Shown one piece after another: positions 39,032 through 46,175 of a stretch of 64,000 nucleotides of DNA; position 1 is the stretch's first letter; each line of letters begins with the position of its first letter. Origin of the DNA: Dehalococcoidia bacterium (GTDB taxonomy: Bacteria; Chloroflexota; Dehalococcoidia; UBA6926); assembly GCA_965243495.1 (NCBI GenBank), contig CBDEUZ010000007.1, forward strand, positions 1,511,743-1,575,742, in the 5' to 3' direction. The translations under genes and the position numbers were made by a program. The notes beneath the pieces were generated by a model. It searched no databases and was not told the origin of the DNA. It worked only from the letters and a program-made list of their open reading frames with translations.

Positions 39032-39812
39032 CGGGTGGAATCGCAATCTTCCGGTTTGTCTACAAGGTCAGTAAGTCCGATCTGCCGCATCATGGTCGCA
39101 TAAGAAACGTTTAGGAATGAATCGACATCCCTTGTCAATCGTAGATGGATTCGGCCTAATTCGCCGGGCGAGCAATTACTGCCTCAATCGCAGTCTTGGC
39201 CTCACTGATGGCTCGCTCAACTTGTGCCGTCTCGGCGTATCTGCCAACCGACTCCAAACCATGCTCTGACGCATAGCCTTCCGTAACGTCGAGCAAGGCA
39301 CGCAAGTCAGTCGTCGAAATTGTCACGGTCGTCATGACTGTCGCTCCTCCCTCTATAGTCTAGCCTTCCACTGTCCACTGATCGACTTTGCTCGAAGAGA
39401 CGCCCCAACTATAATTCTCTGACTCGTCGCGAGCCTTGCGTCAACTCAATGGCATCAATGGTCAAATACAGGCAAACTCCGTGCCGAGCACTAGCAATAT
39501 TAGCGCGTTTGTACTCCTCCCGTCAAAGCGGATGCGCTTCAGAGAATCGGAAGGCAACTGTGAACGGGGAGTCTCGCTCGCAAGGCGGCCGAGAGGCCGA
39601 GACAGACTCCGCCGGCCTCGTGCGTTTAGGACCGGGCACTATTTTCGCGACCGCTGGACACTGAGAGATCCGTTACTGCCGCCCCATGACCACATGCTAG
39701 AGCGTTCAATACTGAAGATAATGTAATGACAAGTTGTTCGTGACACCTGAACGACAGAAGACCCAGATAGCAGATCGATTGTGGATGAGTTCGTCGCGAT
39801 AGGAGGTTAGCT

Positions 39813-40394
39813 GTGACTACCGGCTCTTACTATGTCTACGCATTGAAGGATCCTACTTCATCTCCGGCAAGGGCATTCTATGTCGGAAAAGGGACGGGTA
39901 GCAGGGCTCACGATCATCTCATAAGGCCAGACAAGACGCGAAAGTATGCTCGCATCAAGGAAATACTGGACGCTGGGCATGAGCCTCTGGTCGACATTCT
40001 GATCGATGGCTTGTCGGAGACCGACGCACTACGTCTGGAAGCAGAGCTCATCGCTGGTTTCGGGACAGAAGAAACTGGAGGGGTCCTGACCAATTCCGTC
40101 GTTCCCAGCGGGATAGTTTCCGGGGCGAAGTCTCGGATAGTTGTTCCTGAAGGTGCAGTTGAGCAAGCTCAAATGGGGCTGACTATGCTTATGAGATCTG
40201 TTGCAAAGTTGATTGAGGTAAATCCTCAGGGCGCCACGAATGCTGAAGTCGCAAGTAGCTTAGGGCTTCGAAGCGATTATGAGGGGAAACAGAAGGACTA
40301 CCTGTCCTATAGTCTCCTAGGCCTGTTGCTGCGTGAAGGGCGAATTTTCCGCGACGACCGCACCAAGCGGCACATCTCGACTAGATTCGTGTAA
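39813..40394 (+). CDS. GIY-YIG nuclease-domain protein with C-terminal wHTH-like domain
   Basis: YYVYAL…FYVGKG…R…H pattern of the GIY-YIG superfamily. AGGAGG RBS 7 nt before the GTG. AT-richer. Confidence 0.5.
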   Translation: MTTGSYYVYALKDPTSSPARAFYVGKGTGSRAHDHLIRPDKTRKYARIKEILDAGHEPLVDILIDGLSETDALRLEAELIAGFGTEETGGVLTNSVVPSGIVSGAKSRIVVPEGAVEQAQMGLTMLMRSVAKLIEVNPQGATNAEVASSLGLRSDYEGKQKDYLSYSLLGLLLREGRIFRDDRTKRHISTRFV

Positions 40395-40426
40395 AGGACT
40401 CAGTTGGCTGCCCTCTTTGTCACAAT

Positions 40427-40473
40427 TCCACCTCCAAAACGAACGTTCGCAATGAAGCCAATGATCTGCCACC
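40427..40473. repeat. 47-bp direct repeat, copy 1 (tccacctccaaaacgaacgttcgcaatgaagccaatgatctgccacc)
   Basis: Matches 44172..44218 with one mismatch. Confidence 0.9.
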
Positions 40474-40623
40474 CGCACCTTCATTTCTCTTGCCACTTGT
40501 GACGGGCGCACGAATGACCGTCACGTTGTGAGGTCCGGGCTGTCGGACTCGCTGATGCTGAGCCGCGCTGGCCTCCAACCTGTGGGATGGGAGGCACGAG
40601 GGGCAATGCTCCCCAGTACCTAA

Positions 40624-43600
40624 CTAGCTCCCGCTTACCCAGCGCACACCTTCGGGCAGACGAGGCCAAGCGACTAGAGTGCCGTCTGTGGTAATAGCCA
40701 GCGTGTGATTGGTACGGACCACAATGCTCCGGTATTCCCCGTCAGGAGGACTGGTTCTGCGGCCTCGCTCGTTGCCCCAGCACACAACGGTGTTGTCGGT
40801 TGCTACCGCGCAGGTGTGAAACTCGCCCATGCTTACGCTCTGATAGGTTCCAGCAGGTCCGTCGGTCTGGCCGTGCTTGTTGTATCCCCAGCAGGAAATG
40901 GTGTCATCAGTTGTAATGGCGCAGGTGTGGTACTTGCCGGCGCTGACATTCTTGTAGGCGCCAACGGCCGCGCGCGCCTTGCCGTCCTGATTATTGCCCC
41001 AGCAGGCGACGCTGCCATCCGTGGCCACGGCACAGGAGTGGTCGTCACCGGCGCTGATGCTCTGGTACGTCCCTGTAGGCGCGTTTGTCTGGCCCTTCCG
41101 GTTGTCTCCCCAACAGATAATGGCGTCGTCGGTGGCAATGGCGCAGGTGTGTGCCGAGCCAGCGGATAGCGCCTTGTATGTGCCCGTGGGCGCAATGGTG
41201 CGGCCGTTTGCGCTGAGTCCCCAACAGGCAACGGCGTCGTCGGTTCCGATGGCGCAGGTGTGGTCATCGCCGGCCACAATGCTCTGGTACGTACCAGAGG
41301 GAGCGTTGGTTTGACCGTGTCCACCATATCCCCAGCAGGCAATGGTGTCGTCGGTTGCGATGGCGCAGGTATGGTCGTAGCCGGCAGCCAATTGCTTGTA
41401 GGCGCCCGCCGGAGCGTCGGTCTGGTCAAACTCGTCATATCCCCAGCAGGAAATTGTGCCGTCACTGGCGATGGCGCAGGCATGTTCATAGCCCAGTACA
41501 GCGGATTCGAACGTGCCGGAGGGCGTGTCGGAGCGGGCGTCAATATTCCATCCCCAGCACTTGACCGTGCCGTCTGTCGCAATGCCGCACGTGTAATTGC
41601 TAGCAAGAGCCGTGGCCTTGAAGGCGCCCGACGGTGATTCGGCTTGACCGTCGGCGTTAGTCCCCCAGCAGGAAACTGAGTCGTCGGTTGCGATGGCACA
41701 GGTGTGATTGCGTCTCGCGACGATACTTTTGTAGGTTCCCCCAGGCGCATTGGTCTTGCCACTGCCGCTATCACCCCAGCAGGCAATGGTGCCGTCGGTG
41801 GCGATGGCGCAGGTGTGGTATTCGCCCGCGCTTATGCTCACGTAGGAGCCCGCAGGCGCTCGGGTTTGCCCCCTGTTGTTCATTCCCCGGCAGATTACCG
41901 AATCATCACTCTTTATAGCGCAGGTGTGAACGAAGCCGGCCGTGACCGCCTTGTACGTGCCGGACGGGAAATTGCCCTCCCCGTGATCATTCAGACCCCA
42001 GCAGGAGATGGTGTCGTCAGTCTTGATGGTGCAGGTGTGCTCCCAACCGATGGCCATCGACTTGTAAGTACCGGCGGGCGATGCGTTCTGGGCGAAGCTG
42101 TGGTATCCCCAGCAGGCAATCGTGTCGTCAACAGCGATGGCGCAAGAGTGTCGGGAGTGCGATGCGATGGCCTTGAATGTACCTGCCGGAGGAGTGGCCT
42201 GATTGAATGTGTTCCAGCCCCAACAATCGATTGAACCGTCTGTGGCGATGGCACATGTGTGAACGCTTCCTGAAGCCAACGCTTTGTAAGCACCTGCAGG
42301 CGGGTCGATTTGACCTCGATGGCCTTCTCCCCAGCAATGGAGCGATCCGTCGGTGGCGATACCACACATGTGGAAGGAACCGCCGCTCAACTCCACGAAA
42401 GTGCGTTCCGGGTTAGTGGATGCCAGTAATGTCGCGGGATCGGATAGCGCTACCACTGTCCCTGTTGCGCTGCTGGTCAGGCTCTCCGAATACCCGTCGT
42501 CGTCGGTAAAGCTGACCTGCACCTTAATGGTCTTCCCCTGGTCATCGTCGGTGAGAGTGTAGGTCTGCCCGGTGGCCCCGGGGGTGTTCGTGTCCGAGCC
42601 GCTATCACTGCGTATCCACTGGTAGGTGTACTGCGGGTTTGAGAGTCCGTTTCCATCGCTGATTCCTGAGGTGTCGGCAGTCAGCGTCTCACCCACCTGC
42701 TCTGTGCCCGTGATGGTTGGCAGGCCGGTGGGTGTTTCGTTAGTCGGAGTGGGATCCGCCGGCGTGGTGAACCTCGCTGCTGGTTGGGACCACTCGCTCA
42801 GCCCGTGGGCGTTACGGGCCTTAACCCGGTACCGGTACGTGGTCTCCGGCGCCACGGTCGTGTCCGTGTAACTGGTGACTGAACTGCCCGTGTCGTCCTC
42901 GATGACATCGAATACGCCGGAGTCGTGGATTGCAGGGTTCCGCCTGAGCACCTGGTACCCCGTGATGCTGGTGTCCCCGGGGTCATCCCACGCAATTGTG
43001 ACTGAGTTGTGTGCGACGGATTCAATGGTGGGACGTGACGGCGTCGCCGGTGGCGCAATCGTCGGGGCTACTGTGGCGGGATTGTTCTGAGGAGTCTCTC
43101 CGCCACTACTCCCCCCTACGGCAGAGGTTACTGATGCAGTGGCAGCGCTGGTCAGCGACTCCGAATACCCTCCCTTATCGACAAAGTCCACGCGTACCTT
43201 GATGGTGTTGCCCTCGTCGGCTGCCACAAGGGTGTAGCCGGAGTCCGTGGCGCCCGTGATAACGGTGTCTGTGCCTCCGCTGCTTGAGATCCACTGAAAG
43301 CGGAACTGTACTCGGTCCAGCCCGTTGCCGTCCGTAATGGCCCCCGTATCTGCCGTCAGGGTTTCTCCGACTTCCGGCGTGCCGCTAATGACGGGAGTGC
43401 CGGTGGCCGCCACGTTGTCAGGTCTGGGCTGTCGGCCTTGCTCAAACTGAGTCGTGGAGGCCATTTGATAGAAGGCAGACCAGTCCGAGGTCCCGTGAGC
43501 ATTCCTTGCCCGAACCTGGAACCAGAGCGTGGCGGTTGGATCGAGTTCGCTGATTATGGCTCCCGCCCCGTAGAAGGCGATCTCAACGCCGTCTCCCGGC

Positions 43601-43983
43601 AAGTCAGTCCATTGGCCATTTCGGTACAACTGGACGTCGTAGGAATCGGCGCCCGTCACATCGTTCCACTGCAGGTCGACGCCCCCTATGAAGACGGCAG
43701 TTCCGGTAGGTTTGTTTGGAGTGTCCGGAGTTGAACCTTGGGCAGACACGGTTAAGGCGCTGGCAAGCAGAGCGATTAGTACCGACAGGAAGACCACCAG
43801 CAGCATGGCCGGATGAGTCGACGGACGGACAATCGGGCTGGCCTGCCCCGATGCTTCCCGGTCCGTCCGTTGCGCCTTTTCTGTTCTCGTATGCATGTCT
43901 TGGTGGTTACTCAGCAGAGACCCGCCCTCAACGTGCGTTCCTGTAGCTGCTCGATTAGCTACGAAACAGTTGTGAAAACACAA
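40624..43983 (-). CDS. secreted/surface protein: signal-anchor + 2 fibronectin-III-like domains + ~17 RCC1-like (CWG) beta-propeller repeats
   Basis: Hydrophobic segment MLLVVFLSVLIALLASALTVSAQG (the true start may be the ATG at 43806 or 43896). Two ~90-aa FN3-like modules. Tandem 37-38-aa repeats of HTCAIATDG(T/S)I(A/S)CWG.N..GQ…P.GTY.S. Confidence 0.6.
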   Translation of the reverse strand: MCFHNCFVANRAATGTHVEGGSLLSNHQDMHTRTEKAQRTDREASGQASPIVRPSTHPAMLLVVFLSVLIALLASALTVSAQGSTPDTPNKPTGTAVFIGGVDLQWNDVTGADSYDVQLYRNGQWTDLPGDGVEIAFYGAGAIISELDPTATLWFQVRARNAHGTSDWSAFYQMASTTQFEQGRQPRPDNVAATGTPVISGTPEVGETLTADTGAITDGNGLDRVQFRFQWISSSGGTDTVITGATDSGYTLVAADEGNTIKVRVDFVDKGGYSESLTSAATASVTSAVGGSSGGETPQNNPATVAPTIAPPATPSRPTIESVAHNSVTIAWDDPGDTSITGYQVLRRNPAIHDSGVFDVIEDDTGSSVTSYTDTTVAPETTYRYRVKARNAHGLSEWSQPAARFTTPADPTPTNETPTGLPTITGTEQVGETLTADTSGISDGNGLSNPQYTYQWIRSDSGSDTNTPGATGQTYTLTDDDQGKTIKVQVSFTDDDGYSESLTSSATGTVVALSDPATLLASTNPERTFVELSGGSFHMCGIATDGSLHCWGEGHRGQIDPPAGAYKALASGSVHTCAIATDGSIDCWGWNTFNQATPPAGTFKAIASHSRHSCAIAVDDTIACWGYHSFAQNASPAGTYKSMAIGWEHTCTIKTDDTISCWGLNDHGEGNFPSGTYKAVTAGFVHTCAIKSDDSVICRGMNNRGQTRAPAGSYVSISAGEYHTCAIATDGTIACWGDSGSGKTNAPGGTYKSIVARRNHTCAIATDDSVSCWGTNADGQAESPSGAFKATALASNYTCGIATDGTVKCWGWNIDARSDTPSGTFESAVLGYEHACAIASDGTISCWGYDEFDQTDAPAGAYKQLAAGYDHTCAIATDDTIACWGYGGHGQTNAPSGTYQSIVAGDDHTCAIGTDDAVACWGLSANGRTIAPTGTYKALSAGSAHTCAIATDDAIICWGDNRKGQTNAPTGTYQSISAGDDHSCAVATDGSVACWGNNQDGKARAAVGAYKNVSAGKYHTCAITTDDTISCWGYNKHGQTDGPAGTYQSVSMGEFHTCAVATDNTVVCWGNERGRRTSPPDGEYRSIVVRTNHTLAITTDGTLVAWPRLPEGVRWVSGS

Positions 43984-44171
43984 TTGTAAGGATTTGGTGT
44001 GAGTACATCGTTAAATCAGCGGCCTTTTGCGCAGAAATTACTGTGATTTTGGCGTAAAGAGGGACATATGCCGCCGATTATCCAGAAATCCCTCAACCAG
44101 GCGTCGATTAGAGTGGCGGGAAATGAAGAGGCTCGCGGGGTCAATCGAGTGCGCCTGACCGCCCCCTACAA

Positions 44172-44218
44172 CTCCACCTCCAAAACGAATGTTCGCAATG
44201 AAGCCAATGATCTGCCAC
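44172..44218. repeat. 47-bp direct repeat, copy 2
   Basis: tccacctccaaaacgaatgttcgcaatgaagccaatgatctgccacc; it directly abuts a family-A REP element. Confidence 0.9.
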
Positions 44219-44350
44219 CGTCATTCCCGCGAAAGCGGGAATCCAGTTCGGCGCATAGCGCCGTCTCTGTCATTCCGACTGCACCCCCATGTCATTCCGA
44301 GCGCAGTCGAGGAATCTAAAGACTCCATTGCGCCACCCCCGCCCGTCTTT
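44219..44350. repeat. REP-like cluster (A + C fragment + C)
   Basis: gtcattcccgcgaaagcgggaatccag then gtcattccgagcgcagtcgaggaatctaaag. Confidence 0.85.
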
Positions 44351-44392
44351 GCTACCATCTAGCAGGGGAACACAGGAGAAAGAGAGCCAACG

Positions 44393-45274
44393 ATGCCCAA
44401 CTATGAGACCGTCCTCTATGAAAAGCAGCGCAATGGCGTACTCATCACGCTGAACCGACCCGAAACACTGAACGCCATCAGCCGCCAGTTGGAGCGCGAT
44501 GTCTCCGAGGCGCTAACTGAAGCGGAGAACGACCCCGAGGTCCGCGCCATCGTCCTCACAGGCGCAGGTCGCGCCTTCTCTTCCGGTTACGACATCGGCG
44601 CAGGCCGCGGTGAAACCGTCTGGCCGTATGGACTCCCCGAAGGCACGAGCGTCGCCGCCATCCTCGACGACTGGCGCGACCGCTCCCGAGATGAGACGGC
44701 CAAGCTGCTTCAGATCTGGGAACTCACCAAGCCTGTCATTGCCGCCGTCAACGGCTGGTGCATGGGTGGCGGCTCCTGGTATGCCCTCGCCTCCCACATG
44801 ACATACGCTGCCGAGGAAGCCGTCTTCGCCCAGCCCGAGATCCGCATGATCTCCAACACCAACTTCTTCTGGACCCTCAACGCCGGCTACAAGCACGCCA
44901 TTCGCTACGGCCTCACAGGCGACCACATCGATGCACAAGAAGCGCTACGCATCGGCCTGGTTAACGGCGTCGTCCCCGGTGATGATTTGCTTGAACACTG
45001 CTTCCGCGTCGTCGAGCGCATCGCCCTCGTCTCGCCTGAGACGGTCAAGATCAACCTCTACGTCGCCACCATGGGCCTCGAGATGATGGGACTCCGCAAC
45101 GCGCTCGTCCTCAACGATGAGCTGTCAGCCCACGCCCAGAGCTCGCAACGCGAAGACTTCAAGCGCGAAATGATGGACGCCCAGAAAGAGGGCGGCCTCC
45201 GCGCATTCCTCCAAGTGCGTGACGGCCCCTTCCAGCCGGAACCCTTCGGCCCCCGCTCCCGCGTTAGGGAGTAG
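44393..45274 (+). CDS. enoyl-CoA hydratase/isomerase family protein, paralog 4
   Basis: MPNYETVLYEKQRNGVLITLNRPETLNAIS…; closely related to the 17.2-20.0 kb triplet. Confidence 0.8.
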   Translation: MPNYETVLYEKQRNGVLITLNRPETLNAISRQLERDVSEALTEAENDPEVRAIVLTGAGRAFSSGYDIGAGRGETVWPYGLPEGTSVAAILDDWRDRSRDETAKLLQIWELTKPVIAAVNGWCMGGGSWYALASHMTYAAEEAVFAQPEIRMISNTNFFWTLNAGYKHAIRYGLTGDHIDAQEALRIGLVNGVVPGDDLLEHCFRVVERIALVSPETVKINLYVATMGLEMMGLRNALVLNDELSAHAQSSQREDFKREMMDAQKEGGLRAFLQVRDGPFQPEPFGPRSRVRE

Positions 45275-45393
45275 TTGCCATAGAAGCCCTACAATGGTAG
45301 GGCAAGCGGGGGTAGCGAACCCTCTGTCATTCCCGCGAAAGCGGAAATCTAGACTACGATTGGCACGCTAAGCTGGTAAGCAAACCGGAGCGG

Positions 45394-45468
45394 GCGGGGG
45401 TAGCTCAGTGGTAGAGCTCCTGCCTTCCAAGCAGGTTGTCGCGGGTTCAATTCCCGTCCCCCGCTCCA
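45394..45468 (+). tRNA. tRNA-Gly (anticodon TCC)
   Basis: Cloverleaf: acceptor GCGGGGG/CCCCCGC, D arm AGCTCAGTGGTAGAGC, anticodon loop CTTCCAA, T arm GCGGGTTCAATTCCCGT. Confidence 0.8.
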
Positions 45469-45476
45469 CCGCCCAC

Positions 45477-45785
45477 TTATGAACTGATAACTTGGCGCAA
45501 AGCGTCGTTTAGCCGCGTCTGCCAGCCTTTTCCACTCTCTCGGAAATGGGCAACGATGTCTGCGTCCAGCCGCACAGTAACCTTTTCCTTTGTTGGCGCC
45601 TTTTGCTTGCCACGCCTACGAAGCGACCACTCCACCAGTTCGGGATCAACCTCTATGGCAGGGCGAGCGCGAGCCCAATCCTCGTCTGTCCATTCCGGAA
45701 CATCCGGGTCTTCAGCAATGTGCCGCTGAATCTCCGCTTCCTCTTCGTCGGTAGGGACGTGTATTTTACGTTCTCTCACGGACAT
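45477..45785 (-). CDS. brnA: BrnA-family antitoxin
   Basis: …KEKVTVRLDADIVAHFRESGKGWQTRLNDALRQ… C-terminal BrnA signature; overlaps the brnT stop. Confidence 0.6.
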   Translation of the reverse strand: MSVRERKIHVPTDEEEAEIQRHIAEDPDVPEWTDEDWARARPAIEVDPELVEWSLRRRGKQKAPTKEKVTVRLDADIVAHFRESGKGWQTRLNDALRQVISS

Positions 45786-46032
45786 ATCTATTTCTCTCTT
45801 GCCTGCTCGCGCTCCTCAAGCTTATGATGCGTCTCCGTTCGTCCCTCATGGTGTACACGACATAGTGCAATCGACCACCAATGAGTCCGATGGCCGTCCA
45901 GCGGGTTTCGTCATGTCGGTCGCTGGATCTGATCACCGCCGTTTCCCACTCAAAATCCTCGATTATCTCGAACGCGGGGCGGCCTGCCCGGACGTTAGCA
46001 GCATTCTTCGCCGCATCCCACTCGTACTCCAC
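45766..46032 (-). CDS. brnT: BrnT-family toxin (RelE-like)
   Basis: N-terminal MEYEWDAAKNAANVR…, typical of BrnT. Confidence 0.6.
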   Translation of the reverse strand: MEYEWDAAKNAANVRAGRPAFEIIEDFEWETAVIRSSDRHDETRWTAIGLIGGRLHYVVYTMRDERRRIISLRSASRQERNRYVRERT

Positions 46033-46175
46033 AGCTATATTGTACAGACAATATGGCTAATGTCTATCAATCGGGCACGCAGATTCGGGAATCTTCACAC
46101 AAGCCGGAACAAACTGAATCCATGAGTGCGGCCGGACTAACTAGATTGATACAACAAGAACCCGCCGCTTAAAAA

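Larger units (their letters stand above)
21061..44221. mobile_element. putative integrated genomic island / defence island (~23 kb)
   Basis: A large serine recombinase sits at the left end and a Replic_Relax-like protein lies inside. The region is dense in defence-type genes, several visibly AT-richer than flanking DNA. It lies between paralogous enoyl-CoA hydratase genes. REP elements sit at both borders. A 47-bp direct repeat is present at 40427 and 44172. Confidence 0.45.

Noticed and set aside
40705-41786. Alternative-frame ORFs within the RCC1-repeat gene (154 aa, 317 aa, 125 aa, etc.)
   Set aside because: They are products of the periodic repeat DNA read in other frames; the 1119-aa frame carries the coherent domain architecture.
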